Below, in pieces: positions 1 to 14,399 of a stretch of 64,000 nucleotides of DNA. This DNA comes from Monocercomonoides exilis PA203 (lineage: Eukaryota; Protista; Preaxostyla): positions 62,001 through 126,000 of the forward strand of contig LSRY02000021.1 of NCBI GenBank assembly GCA_001643675.2, given 5' to 3'. The translations under genes and the position numbers were made by a program. The notes below the pieces were generated by a model that was not told the origin of the DNA, ran no database searches, and was given only the letters and a program-made list of their open reading frames with translations. Each line of letters begins with the position of its first letter. Positions within the stretch are counted from its first letter, which is position 1.

Positions 1-738
1 TTCAAACAAAATAAAAATATAGATTCAAGCGTCTTTCACCAGAATCAAACATTCAAAACCAGGTTTTTGATCAAATTGCAAAACCAACAACGACTGAACA
101 AGCAAAACTTTTATGAAAGAAATTCTCCTTTCATTGCTGAAAATTGAATGATTGATGCTTTGTTTTATGATTGAAAATTTTTATTATTAGAATTTCTTTC
201 AAAAAATTCAAAATTATCATATAAAGGATATGATAAATATTTTGATTAAAAAACATTTTCTTTCATAAATAAATATTAATGCATCGTTTCAACAGAAAAA
301 AATGTCATAAAAAATTGAAAAGAAATATTCAAGTGTTCCAACCTCACATCGTTATTTATTACGAACTTCAATTACCGTGCAATAAAGAGAATATAAATTA
401 TAATGCTTAAAAAGGAAAAAAAAAAGCAAATTGTTAGAATTACATTTTCATAAAAACTTTATTATTTACGAACACAAAGTTTTTTATCTTTTTTGCAACT
501 TTCATTCATCCAGATGAAACGAAATCTTTTTTTGATGAGTTATCAAATGGTCTTTATTTCGCCCTTTATAATTTTCTTTCGATTATTTATTTTCTTTATT
601 TTGTGGTTAAATCTGCAAAAAATCACATATTTTAGAATTCCTAACGTGAAGGCATATTGAATTTATAGCGCGAGTAAGCAATTGTGAGATTTTTTGCATT
701 TCAAAAAAACAGCAAAAATTTTACTTCAAAAAACGAAA

Positions 739-3700
739 ATGAATGAGAACTTTTCAAACAGAACAGCTCGCGATTTGAATTGGAAAAAACTGTTTGGTTT
801 GAAATGGAAAAAAGCCCTCAATTTTGTGGAGCACACAGATACATATGCCGAAGATATTCCTTTTGTGGTTAAAGATCCGAGCATTGAAAAGCAGGATTGT
901 AGTGTTGTGCGGTATGTTTGCGTATCTGACACACATGGAATGCACAACGAGATTCCAGGTGGCATTCCATATGGAGACGTGCTAATACATGCTGGAGATT
1001 TCACCCATTGTTCAACTCGCGAAGAACTGGATTCATTCTACGGATGGTTGATGAGTCAGCCACATCCTCGGAAGATAATTGTAGCAGGAAATCACGACGT
1101 TGTGTTTGATCGATTTTATTACGAAATGTTTTACTCAAAGAGGTTGAAGAGTCAGGCTTTGCATTATGAAGAGGAAGTCTGTCGTCTGAATGGTATTGGA
1201 ACATACCTAGAATCAAGCGGAACTACAATATTTGGGCAGCGTGTATTCGGGATGTTATGGCCAACTCGATATAAGAATTGTGTGAAGAAGTGCCACGAAG
1301 AATCCGAGTTTACTTTGTTGTTTTCTCAGATGGAGCGTGGAATGGATGTGCTAGTAACTCATGGCCCTCCATTCGGTCGGTTGGATGCTGATCCAGTGAA
1401 ACACACAGGATCCATTTCGCTTCTGGAAGGTGTGCGAAGCTATCTTCAGCCGAGAGTGCATGTGTACGGCCACACCCACAGCGGAAGAGGAGTCAGTTTT
1501 GATGGACAGACCCTGTTTGTGAACTGTGCTGTTGTGGATGAGCAGCACAGACCAATCAACCCAGCTGTTGTTATTGATCTTCCCTGTGAACAGAGAGCGT
1601 TTAGTGACGGAGAAATAGAAAAGATGGCGGAACTGCCAGAAAAGGCTGGAATTGGTGAAGAGTATGAGCAAATGAAAAACGAAAGATTTTGTCAAAAGCA
1701 TAATGACACATCACTTCTTAACACAACATCAAAAACTGATAAAGAAGAAGATTTCATAGGAAATCCAAGCAATTCTGTTGATAGGTTTGCTTTATTTGCA
1801 TGTTCTTTTTTTCATCCAATGATGCATCATTTTATTTTTCAATGTTTGCTTCTTAATGTCATTTTCTTTAAACTTTCTTTTCTTTTCTTTTCTTTTTGAA
1901 AATTTTCAGTTTCAGCGAAACTCATTCTGAATGCTCACCATTAAAAGACCCTTCATTGAAAGAAAGCAACATGACTGTTAAAACTATTGATTGTTGTCAA
2001 CCGCAAAAGAAATACGGAATATCACACGAAAATTATGTGTTTGACTGCTGTGCCAGACCATTACAACCAGCGCTTGATTATGAAATACCGAAAAAGACAA
2101 AAGAAGAAAAGGAGAGGAAAAGGTTGAAGAAAGAGAAGAAAAGAAGAAAGAGAGAAAAGAGAGAAAGAAAGAGGAGGAGGAAGATGAGAAGAGCAAATAA
2201 AGAAGAAGAAAACAAAAAAGAAGAAAGAGAAAAAGAAGAGAAGAAAGACGTTGCGACAGACGAATCATCAGATAACACCAAAACAACAGCTCAACCACCA
2301 ACATATTCTGCTTTTTACAATCAACTTCAGAACAAGAAAGAGACAGAAATGGGCATCGACTGCACCAAAATGGAAGAGAAAATGAAAGAAAAGAAGAAAG
2401 AAAAGAAGAAAGAAAAGAGAAGAAAGAAATGCATAGAGCGCATGAATGATGAGGAAGACGAGTTTCGAATAGGAATTGGGATGGATGAATACAACGAGAA
2501 AAGAAAGGAAGAAGAGGAAGAAGAGGAAGAAGAAGGAGTAAGCGATTCTGCTGATGACACTGAAGAGGAAGAGGAAGAGGAAGATGATGATGATGACGAA
2601 AGCGGAGTAACAGTCGATAGACAAAGTTTAACTGCTAAAGTCAAGAAAAAAGAAAAAGAAAAAGAAAAAACTGCAGACAGTACAAAATTAGAACAAGAAC
2701 ACACACCGAAAGACAAGCCACGCAAGCGTCATAAGAAACTTGAACCCATTTCACAAGATTCGCTCAACACTTCGACACTTCATTCTCATTCACTTCCATC
2801 TCTGACAGAACATCTTTCTCAGCTGATATCTGCTCCCATCCAATGCTCTTCATCTTCTCAAGTGGATTCATCTCAAATGCAACAGCCTTTTTGCTCTTTC
2901 TTCTCCGCTTGCTCATTCAACGATCCATCAAAAGTTATCTTTCCCACTCAAATGACTCCATCTGATCCTCTTTCGATTCCTTCTGCTTCTTCCTCTCCTT
3001 TCTCTTCTCCTTCTGTTCATTCGCTTTCTTCACCCAGAGGCGCTCAGCAGTTTGCTGGCAATGTCAACTCATCTCAGCCTTCATTCTTCACTTCGAATGA
3101 CTCACTTTTTGCCCTCACAACACACCCCCATTCTGCTTGCTCATTGGCTGACCCCTCTCTCTCATTTCACACGTTGTCTTCACCCGAACAGAAAGAGATG
3201 TTGCCTTTCAGCCCTTCTTTCTGCTCCTCTTTGGCCTCAACTGCTCAGTCACTCCCGTCCTCTCCCTTTTCTTCTTGCACCACGCTGCCTTCTGTTTCAG
3301 CAGCAGAATTTGAATTTTGTCCGCCTTCTCCGCACATCAACAAGGAAACAAAGCGATATGAGCTGCCTCCTCCGTCTGCTCTTCCATCTTTGAAGGAAAT
3401 ACTGTCAGATTATCCTCCTCCACTTCCATTGTTTGCTATCATTAGAGAACAATCGATTAATGAAGAGAAGGGAGATGAGGAGAAAGAAGGAGACAACGAA
3501 GGAGGCAAAGAAGGAGAAAAAGAAGATGCGAAAGATGAGGAAAAGAAAAATGTTAAAGATGAAGAAAAAGAAGATAACAAATGGGATGAAAGAGAAGTGG
3601 AAGAGCTGAAGAAGAGTTTGGTTGGGTTGCGGTGCATTTCGATGCCTGCATTTGGAACAAGAGAAATTGAGACAATGGAAAAGATGATCAAAAAGAAAGT

Positions 3701-3992
3701 GAAGGAAAAAGATGCAAAGAATAAAATAGATGAAGCAGATGGAGACAGCAAAGAAGAGAAAAAGAAAAGGAAGAAAGAGAAAAAGAAGAAAAAGAGAGAT
3801 TTCTTAGCTGAGGAAAGCAGACAGTGCGTTGAGCAAGAGGCCAAAGTGAAAGAAGAGGAGAAGACTGAAGCAGCTTGTTGTGCAAAAGATCCACTTCAAA
3901 CAGAAATGGAAGTATCGATTCATTCTTATGCAGAACACACTGCAGACACATCACTTCTTTCTGTGTCTCCTTCAGATGCACCGTCGCATTGA
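739..3992 (+). CDS. Calcineurin-like metallophosphoesterase (MPPED/239FB-like) with long low-complexity C-terminal extension; one intron 1785..1909
   Basis: Motifs SDTH, HAGDFT, AGNHD, THGPP, YGHTH in ORF 694..1899; ATG at 739; a GT(1785)..AG(1909) intron joins it in frame (AG|T) to ORF 1896..3992, which is Lys/Glu- and Ser-rich. Confidence 0.85.
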
Positions 3993-5043
3993 ACACGCTC
4001 ATCAACAATGCTGAATGACTGATTCATAGTTCACAACATCCTCATCAGAGATATTCACTCAAGCATTGCTTAATGACATCTTTTTAAAGAGCTACCTCAT
4101 TTTTTTTTGATGAGAAACGCAAATGTTTGTGTTCGCTGATGCAGTTTCTGAGTGTCACAATCACTCTTTTTGAGTGAAGTGCCAATGTGTATGTTAACAT
4201 TTATTTTGCTTAAACAACATCGAAAGCAGAACACTTTTGCTGAGAAAGAGAAAAAGAAATACAAGCTGAATTCAAAAGAAGAAATGCCATGAATGAAATG
4301 ACAGAAAAGGAAGAATTCAAAGCAAGATAATTAGAGGCATTTGGTTGTTGGTACTCACTTGAGCAAAATGACTGATTCGTTTTTTGATTGAAATGACCGC
4401 TCATCAAAAAATACTTTTCATGTCCTTGTAACATTGTATATATAATTTTTTCTGGTTTTGTGATATTTTGTGTTCATTATCATATTTCTTATCATTCTGC
4501 CTTTATTTCAGAAACATTTTTCTGGCATGATTTATTTTTAACAATGAATTTTACTCAATTCAAATCAACATCTCTTGCAATTTTCTTTACGTTATTATCT
4601 TATTTTTTGTTTTATTTTTCTGAGCTTAAACTATTAAATATTTCACTTTGAGTAATTTTTATTAATAATTTTTTTGTGTGTGATAGATAAGCCAATACGT
4701 TGAAAAAACGCGTATTTCCCCTAAATGAAAACGAATAAATAACAGTTATCACCTTTTATTGCTTATTATCATTATGTTATTCATTTTATTACTCCATTAA
4801 TGAAAAAAAAATGTGAACTTACTGTTCCCCGAGAACATTCAAGGATGAAACAACATAATAGAATACTGTGATTCAATGATTTTCGAAAATATTCTCAAAA
4901 ATTTTATAAATCTGTTTTTCTCAATTGATTTTATAAACAAAGAAAATTCTATTCATCAATACGTTTCTGTTTTGCAAAAAACGCCCTTAATAATTACTTG
5001 AAATTGTTCATTTATTTTCCTGGTCATATTTTTTTCCATAAAA

Positions 5044-7390
5044 ATGGTAAGATTAATTTTTACTGTTACAAGCGTTGTATTAGCTTTGGTGCTTGCGTTT
5101 ATCGTGGCGATGACTTTGAAAAGTGATTTATCGCATTTTTTTGTCATGCCATTTATCCTTCTTGTATTTGGAATATTCACACGTATTTGGATGTTTATAA
5201 TTTCGTTGGAAGTATCCATTATTAAATCGAAGCGTCAAAACGAGATAATTGCATTTTTACATCCAAATGTCGACCAATTCGGAGGAGGTGAAAAAGTGTT
5301 TTGGCAACTTCTTGATGTCGCTGCTGGAGAAGCAAAAGCGAAAAAGAATACAGAAATTATTATATTTTGCGCTCCATCTCCAAAATTTAAAGACTTTGAT
5401 TCTCTCTTGAAACATGCTCAGGTTTGCTGTCTTTATTAATCCAAGAAATTTTTATTGAATTTTTTTAAGATAACTTTTGCATATTCTTTTGAAAATCTCA
5501 CTGGATCCGTTCCAATTCGCCTCTATCCCGTGCCATTTCTCCGAACAGTTTATAATTCCCGTTCTTGGCCGTGCACACTTTTGTCAATGGCTTTCACTGC
5601 ATATTTTGGTGGTATCATGTGCAGCCTTGAATGTCCTCCAGATATATTAATTGAGACTTCTGGATATCCTCTTGCATATATTTCACTGAAGTCTTTGACA
5701 AAGTGCAAAATTGGAGCATACATTCATTATCCATTTGCTTATTGCCTAGAGAGGCAAATGAGAAAGCATATAAATCCAAATGAAGTGCCATCGAAGCAAA
5801 AATCTGGGTTAAAGGGATTAATTGCTTCCACTAAAACGAAGTTACGAATTATTTATTACCATCTTGTGCAGAACTTGTATTATTCATCATTGAAAGTCTG
5901 TGATATAATGTGGGTTAATTCTTCATGGACAAAAGCTCGCCATGTTGAAACTATTCACGAAGTTGAAAACAGAAAAGGGTTGACAAACAATGATAGCTTT
6001 GTTTCTCTCTCTGAAAATCTAACTGTTCTATATCCTCCTTGCGACTCTTTACAGTTTATTCAGCAGCTTGTGAAAAAGTGGAATTCAAACAAATATTCAG
6101 TTGCTGCCCTTCCATCATCAGCAAATGTGAAGGAAAAATCATCTTCCTCTTCTTCTTCCTCAGCTTCTGTTGAATCAGATGCACTCGCTTTTGCTCAATC
6201 TCGTTTCATTGCAGAGAACTGGTTTCCACCTCCTTTTGCTGATAATCGCCTTCCCCAAATCGTTTCAGTGGGACAGTTTCGTCCTGAAAAGGAGCATGAA
6301 AAGCAGGTAGCCATTTTCAGTGCGCTGTACAAAAAGCATCCTGAGCTGAAGCCGAAGAAAGCAGGTGAGCAAGGCAGCGAGGAAACTGCAAACGGAGTGA
6401 AGTTGATTATGTGCGGTGGGCTTGTGAAAGGAATGGAGTGGTACGTCGACAATCTGAAAAAGGAAATCGAAAAAGAGGGACTTCAAGTGTGAATTTTGTC
6501 TGTTTTGTCGTTCCAATTAATAAATACTTTTTGTGTTTTTGTTAATTCTTTTCTATGTGATTGAAATTGGAAATTTTAATTAATTTCCGAAACTGAATTG
6601 TCTTTATGATACAATTATTCTTTATAATCATGTTTTTTATTTCAAATATGAATATAACTGATGAATGCAAACAACAAGGATGCGATCGAACTTCGATTTA
6701 ATGTGCCTGGCGAGGAATTGCGAGAAACGCTGATGAATTCGATGGGTGCAATCCACACTATGTTTGAGGAGCACTTTGGAATAGTTATTGTTGAGATGAT
6801 GGTTTGTGGGAATTCCTCGGCTGTTAAAAAAGAGAAATCACATTTGGAATGAGAATTTGAAAGATAACTTTGAGAATTATTCAAATTTTTGATTTGCAAA
6901 AGCATTTTTGTGTTGCAAATTAAACTGTCATTTTGTGAATGTATTTTTCTTTTATGTCATTTTAGGCGTCGGGTGCTGTGCCAATTGTGAATCCGAGCGG
7001 AGGCATGTTTGACGATGTGTTTGATCCTGCAATCAAACACACAATTAAACCTGGCTTCACAGCTGTGACACCCGATGAATATGCAGATAGAATTTATAAC
7101 TTGTACTCATTGTGGAATGACTTTTATCACGGAAGCTGTGTGTTTTTTATGTTATTTGCATTTAAACTGTTCTATTTTAAATTTTTATTTGATGAATTTC
7201 TGCAATCACAAATACTCTTTTGGAATATGAAAAATGTGCAGTGAGCACATATCGCGACTTGCAAATTGCTTGCTATTCGGAATCGCTTCGGTTTTCAATC
7301 GAGTCGTTTAGAGACATTTCCACAAAACAAGTCCGCTCGTTTTTAGCTTCAAAAGAAGAAGGAAAAGCATCCAAGCAAAAAGCGAAATGA
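5044..7390 (+). CDS. ALG11: GDP-Man:Man3GlcNAc2-PP-Dol alpha-1,2-mannosyltransferase (ALG11, GT4 family); 5 exons
   Basis: N-terminal TM segments, FLHPNVDQFGGGEKVFW, AYIHYP, VNSSWT, SVGQFRPEKEH, EEHFGIVIVEMM; GT-AG introns at about 5422-5469, 6487-6678, 6802-6965 and 7138-7241 keep the frame to TGA at 7390. Confidence 0.92.
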
Positions 7391-7744
7391 ATGTGGGATT
7401 AGTTGTTCTCAAAGAAATTGGTAGAATTTTTGTGTGTTTTAATCTCGTTATGATCGATTTTTGTTGCATAGTTTTTAAGTTGATGTTGATTCAATGAATC
7501 TTAATCCTTTTTGAGGGAGAAAGGAAGTGTGATTTGAGGTATTGTGAAAGTCAAACAATTGCGTATAACTCTAATTCTTGTAAAAATTCTTATAATTAAA
7601 TGTATTTTTTTTTAAAAAACAAAAAAGAATATAAACGCTCCAAATGACAAATGGAGAAATTAACATTAATCATAAAAATTCAAAAACAAGGCAAAAAATG
7701 TGAAAACAAACCGAAAAAAAAGACACTTTAAATGTGAAATGAAA

Positions 7745-9140
7745 TCAAATCCACTCAATATCTTCACAAGGAGGAAAATAATAGAACTCTTCTTCAATTG
7801 AACCAATATTTTCACCAGCTTTTATGAAAATTCTTCCATCTTTTCCCCATTTATTTCCCCAACTGATTGTTCGATTCAAACATTTCGGAAATGTTTCATA
7901 TTCATCATACGCATAAGGGGAAAAAAATATTTTAAAAAAATTGAGAGAATTAATTTTGAATGGTCAAAATTCTTTTGGCAAACTTATTTTGAATAATCCA
8001 AAAATCTTCGCCTTGAAGTTTTGTCCAACTTCGATTCAAAGCAAATAGCAACGAAAACATACGAACAAAAACAGTAATAAAGAAAAGAGAACATTAATAA
8101 GATACAAAAAAGCATGTAAAAAATGCAAACCCAACAATTTTGACTGCATGATATCCAACTATTTTGCCTTTCATTGAAGTTATGATATTCATTTCAGGGT
8201 CAAGAAACTGTGCATTCACATTCAATCCAACTAATCAATAAATCATAAAATATATAAAACATAAAACATTAAAAGTTCCTGTATGTGTACTGATATATTA
8301 TTTGAAAGAAACCAAGGAGAGATCCGTATTTGTAGAGGACACGCTTCATCAAATCAACTGTTGGTCTTGGATGAGAAGCAGCACATAATTCACTGTCGTT
8401 AAGGGGAAATATAAATGAAGAAATTGTTTGTAACTAATAAAAACAATCTCATCGTCCATACGAATGAAGATTAAATGGTTGACTTTTATCGTCACATTCA
8501 TATTTGCATTCTTGTTTTTCATTCTTCATTGATATACATTTTTCATCAACAATTCCTTTATTTTCGAGCCCTAGTTAGAAGATTCGAAATTGTCAAAAAA
8601 AACATAATGCATTTTCTCAAACATTTGACTGTTGGCCATAAATAACCTGTTCTGCATCCATCTATCAAAACAATTTATCAATTTTCATAAAAAAAAATTA
8701 TTTATACAAAAAATGATTAATGATACCATTGCACATTGATTCATATGGTTCAAGAGCACATGTGGAATCGCAATTTAACTGGTATACAATCCAAATAAAG
8801 CTTCGTTTATAAAAAACAAAACAATTAATAATTGCTCAAATACCGGGAATTGAATTGATGGTGTAATCGAAATGTTTTTAGTGTAACATAAAGAATCAGA
8901 ATATGCACCTACGGATGCATAAAACCAGCTTGCCGGACATTTTCCTTCTTTAAAGATTGTGTTCAATGTGTAACAATCTCTCGATTCCTTAAATAAAAAA
9001 GAAAGAATAAAATAATTTAGTAATTTCGTGTACGAAATGCATACATCTTTTAAATCAAAGTGAAGTGGAAGTTTTTTTGTTTGTGCCTTTTGAAAATTTA
9101 AGAGATTCCCTTTTATGAAAGATAATGAAAACAACATCAT
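7745..9140 (-). CDS. Cathepsin B/TINAG-like papain-family (C1A) protein, multi-intron, catalytic Cys replaced by Ser
   Basis: LPLHFD mature-domain start, KEGKCPASWFYASVGAYSDSLC (cf. QGxCGSCWAF), GYHAVKIVG (catalytic His), FWIIQNNWGNKWGKDG (catalytic Asn, across an intron); stop at 7745. Internal exon boundaries only partly traced. Confidence 0.8.
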
Positions 9141-9490
9141 CAAACAATATAAATGTATTTATACACTTACATCAAATTTTTAGGAAAAAAAGAATTTCAT
9201 ACAATTAAAAGCTCTCTGAAATATGAAAAGAAACACGAGAAAACGAAAAATCATTATCGGTATTAATAAAAGAAGGAAAAATGGGCTCAACTCCAATGAA
9301 AAAATAGTGCATAATGTTGTAAATAAATTGTAATAATAGCAATTAACTTTTCCCTCTCAAACAAAAAAATTTCAAGATGTTGAAGAAAAAGGGTGAAAAT
9401 AAAGAAAAAATAGAAACACATGTTGTTAATTTGAATAAAAAATTTGAATATTCGCCTAACCTTCGAAATAGAAAAAAACTCAAAGTGAAT

Positions 9491-12400
9491 TCATAATACA
9501 GACGGATAAGGAATATCAAATTTACATATACATGCGACAAGGTTAAGGAAGCGTTTGTCGTACAAAGTGTTCATGTGGCCAACACCCCTCAGTTCGAATC
9601 TGGCAACTGCGCCCAACATGTCATTGGCAGCAGAAAAGCAAGGAACAGTTGCATCACTATCGACATGTGTCCATTTGAACGATGAAGCAAAGAGAGTCGA
9701 CGGAGTGATGGCTGAGAACGGATAAACAGATGGAAACGGAGAAATATTCTGCTCTGCCCCATTTGGCTGTGAAGAAGTAGCAGCATCATTCACATTTGCC
9801 TCTGATTGAATGGAAGAGTTGGCAGAGTTGGCAGAGTTTGAAGAGTTAGCTTCATCGTCCCTCCGAAGGGTCTGTTTGTTCTTCGGCTGCATTCCGAGAT
9901 GTTTCTTCTTCACATCAATGATGCAATGCCACGCTGTCTTCGTGCCAGACGCAAAGATGTTGTACAGTTTAATCCCTGTCTTCTTCAGATCAATGGGAAG
10001 AGAACGAAATGAATGGAAATGCTCCAAAAGAAGCTCCGGAGTAACTTTTCCCCGCCAAAGACCAGGATTCTCCGGGCGATGCATAAACTGGACGAGCTCA
10101 AAGAAGTTCAGCTGCTTTTGAGTGGGGCGCACACTGGATGGATCGACATCACAATCGCTGCTGGGCATCCACGTCAGAAAGCGGAAGGGGGACTCGACTG
10201 TTGCGCCATCATTAGGCAAAATGGATGAAGATGAAGAAGATGTTGTTGTTGTTGTTGAAATAGCAGTGGTGGCATTGGCAATGGATGCTTTGATTGTCAC
10301 ATTGGAAACAGTATCGTCTCCTTCTTCTCCTTCTCCTTCTTTCTCTTTCTCTTTCTCTTTCTCTTTCTCTTCTTTGCCATCTTCCTTCCCATCTCCTCCA
10401 TCTTTCTCCTTTTTGCTCCCTTTCACATTTGATTCATCTTCTATCACATCAAACATCCATGGCAGCAACCTTCCACTTTCGCATCTGCTTGTCATCACAG
10501 ACATCGGCATTGTCATCTGCATTGAACCAGAGGGAGAAGGAGAGAGAGAAGAAGGAGAAGGCGAAGAGGAAGCAGAAGGAGAAGAGGAAAGAGATGCAGA
10601 AGGAGAGGAAGGCAGAGAGTGTTCCTGTGTGTTTCTTTCATTGGGTGATTGAGAAGAGCATCGCAATGCAGTTGAGGAGTCGACAAAGGAAGGCACTTGG
10701 ATGGATGTGTCGGCAGGGGTTGAGAGAGGAAGATGAGGAAGAGAGGAAAGATGGAGACAGCTCGGCTTTTTGGTGACGAGAGGCTCAGCAGACGAGTGGG
10801 CAAGGGAGAATGTTGCCGGCACAGTGGAGCCATTTACAATTGTTGTGGGAATGTCGTCTTCTTCCTTCTGAGAAAGGGAATTTGCAGAAGCGGCGCTTGT
10901 GGCCGGTGGGGGAATATCTTCGAAGGAGCAGATGTCCAATGAACGCACACGGGCCAATGGGACAGAAGAGAACTTGTGGAGTGAAGGAGAGGCATTCAAT
11001 TGAGCAGAAGCACTCACAGATTGAAGGGGAGAAGAGGGAGGAGGCAGAAGAGGAGGTGAAGAATTGCTCTTTTGGGGAGATCGGATGGGATCAGCATTTG
11101 TCAGGACACATTTGGGTGTTGTGCTGGCAGTGCTGTTTGGAACAGGCGGAGGAGGTTTCTTTGGAGGAGTGAGACTTCTTTCACCAGAAAGCAGGATTTG
11201 CTGCTTGGAAGATGCCATCTGGCTGTTTGAGGAGAGAAGAGGAGGAGGAAGAGAATGAGAATGGGAAGAGGAGGAAGAAGAAGAAGAGGAAGAGGAAGGA
11301 GGAGGAGGAGGGGACGTTGGCAGCAGCTGGGCAGATGGGATGGGCGGAGGGGCGACAGAAGGAGGGAGCATGTGAGGCAGCCCCACGGCAAGTGGGAGAG
11401 AAAGAGAAGAGGGCTCAGAAGAAGGCAGAGAGGATTCGATGGAGTGGGGGACGCTGTATGGATGGAGGACAGACAGGGCCAGCTTCTGTTTATTATCAGA
11501 ATTGGATGAAGAGGAAGAGGAAGATGAAGAAGAGGAAGAGGTTGTTGTTGTTGTTGTTGTTGATAATGTTGATGATGATGATGATGATGATGACAGAGAA
11601 GAAGAAGGGAGTGGAGGAGGAGGAGGCGGCGGAGGCGGAGGGGGAGGAGGGGCATAAGGCTGAGTAGAAGCATCAGGAAGAGGGAACCCAGGGAGGAATG
11701 CCATGTGAAGAGGAGACACAGCAAATGTGGGAGACGAAGCATAACTCAGAAAAGAACGAGATGTGATGGCTGAACGGCGCTGTGTGTGAGTGACTCCATC
11801 AGAAGAGGAAGTATTTGACAGAAGAGAAGAAGAAGATGATGATGATGACATTGGCCGTTCAACTGATTCAGCTTCATCTTCAAACAAGTCTTCGAGTGGG
11901 AGTGTGCCTGTTTGTGTGAGTAGATATGGATGCAGATCACTTGGCACATTCGAAGTGGCTGATGAAAATGAAGAAGAAGAAGATGTTGTTGATGATAATG
12001 TTGTTGTTGTATTTGAAGTGGATGACTGGATGCTTTGTTGAGATGGCTTCGTTTGTGCTGCTTGTGAGGCAGAAGGAGGAGAAGAGCACGGAGAAATTGA
12101 CGACGGAGAAATAGAATTCCTAACAGAAGATGGATTAGAATAAGAAATGGTATTAAATTGTGGTGATGTGTTTGGCGATGAAGAAGAGGAGGAAGAAGAA
12201 GATGATGATGATGAAGATGATGAAGATGTTGATAAACAAGGTGAAGGCAGAGCAGAAGAGACAAAAGAGGAGGCTGAATGAGGAGTGGGGTTGGGCGTGT
12301 TATTTGCAGATGATTCGTTCAAAGAGGCTGATTTTGTGTTGGCAAAGACAGAAGATGTTGTGGGTGATGTTGAAGAGGCATTAATTGGAGTGGAAGATGG

Positions 12401-14373
12401 ATTGGATGAAGAAGAATAAGAAAAAGAAGATGGTGAAGGAGTAGGAGATAATCTGATTGATTCAGAAAGAGGAGATGATGAAGGTGAAGTTGTCGGCGTA
12501 TGTGATGGAGAAGGTGAGGAAAAGGAGGAAGTCTGTTGCTGATGCAGTTTTGAGTGCTGGCCGCTGCCAAATGGGCTGAGTGTCTGTGAGCGAAGGAGTG
12601 TGTCCAGAAGATCATCAGTCGACGAATGCGAATGCGAAATAGTCAATTTCTGTCCATCGCAACTGTCGTCGTGTGTTCCCTTTGCAGAATCACCAACAAC
12701 TTCATTGCCTGTGCTGCTTCCACTGCCACATCCATCATCTCCTTCACTTCCATTCAATATGATTTCTCCTTCTTTTTTCGCTCCGCCTGTTTTCTCTTCG
12801 ATTTCCTCTGACCGTTTTGGGGCGAGTGGCGACACACGCTGCCTCATCAATGGCACTTGTGCAATGTTTTCTGTCTCGTCTGGCTGCGAGTCGAAGTCCC
12901 AGCATGTTCCTGTCTTCTTGTCGCAATGGTACCCAAACCAGAGATAGTCTGTCCAGCGCTGTTTGGCGTCTCTTCTTCCGCTGGCTGAGTGCGAAGACGA
13001 AAGAGAAGCAGATTCTGTTTGGCTGGGTGCATTTGGTGCAGCTGAGTGTGAAGCAGCTGAAGATGGCTGGGTGTGTGCTGGGTGTGACAGAAGCTGCGGA
13101 TTCAGCGGATGTACTGGTGTTTGTGACTGTGTGGTGTCTGCAGAGTGCAATTGAGATCGGCTGGGCGACTGGTGCGACAAGGGAGAAGGAGAAGGCGACA
13201 GGGCAATGTTGGATGAAGATGATGAAGATGGATTGTTTGAAAGTGAGCTGAGAGACGCAGAAGACGAGCGAGTGGCAAACGGAAGTACAGAATCAGCAGA
13301 TGCTTTTTCAGATTTTTCTGTCTGTTCGTTGCCAAGCTCCACACGAATTGCAACTTTTGGTGAAAATGGAACGAATTCCGGCTGCAAAAACCAAAACATT
13401 CCGATTGAGGTGGTTGTTACTCCCCACATCGTTGAGCCTTTCAAAACAAACTCAGGAAGGCCAAATGAATAGCCATTCAAAAAAGCTAATACGTGGCGTC
13501 CAGCTCCTTGGAATGGGCATGTAAGAGCTATCCACTTATCGATATGGGAAGCAGCAAATTCTGGATAAAGTTGAATGAACATACGAAGAACGATTCCTCC
13601 CATGGAGTGTGTGATAACAGTAAGCTTTTGCCTTCCACATGACTCAAAAGCATCTTCGATCCTATTTCTAAGATTTTCTTGTATATGAGGAATAGATATG
13701 CACTGTCTCCAATCAAAAGGATATCTATCAAATGTATTTTCAGAAAAAGAAAGATTATGAATTATCATTGTTTTTCAAAACAATCACACCCCCAAAGAGT
13801 TTTCCCTGGCTCATAGCCGTTTTTAATTAGCAATTCAATAAGATCATGAAAATAAGCATGCATGCTATATTTGAAAAAATGAAAAAAAAGTTTAATAGAA
13901 TATTGCTTTTCTCTAATAATTTCAAACTCATGAGGAAGCAAAGAACCGGGAAGTAGAAGATCCATTGCAAATAGTCCATAGTTGTCATCTGGCACGTAAA
14001 CAACATGGTCCTTCAAGATAATTTTTTTAAACAAATAATTAACTTTAATTGAACAGCAAACATCATCTTGGCATTCATAGTACAAAGTTTTTGGGTTGAT
14101 GCGTCCAACCATAAATCTTGATGTGTACGTATCCGCTTTTCTTATACGCGGCCAAAGAGCTCTCGATTCCCAGGTTTTCTTATTACGAACACGAAGTATA
14201 CTCCCTTACAGACCACAAAGTCAAAGAAAACCCTTCGAAAAATCCAAACCTCCACATCCCGGTATAAGAAGAACCCCCGGTTTTAATGATTCTCCATTCT
14301 GTTCAGTTGCAATCTGCATATCTTGAGATGGTGGAATAGTAAAAAAATGCGATGATGGGTATACAACAACCAT
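9491..14373 (-). CDS. LCAT/lysosomal phospholipase A2-family (LCAT3/4-like) acyltransferase/phospholipase with a very large Ser/Pro-rich insertion
   Basis: VLLIPGCGGS, GYEPGKTLWGYPFDWRQ, ITHSMGG nucleophile elbow, PFQGA, distal DSDATVP (Asp) and GVGHM (His); several short 5' introns; start could be 14373 or the next Met at ~14319. Confidence 0.85.
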
Positions 14374-14399
14374 TTTAATTTTTAGATTTCATCTCATTT

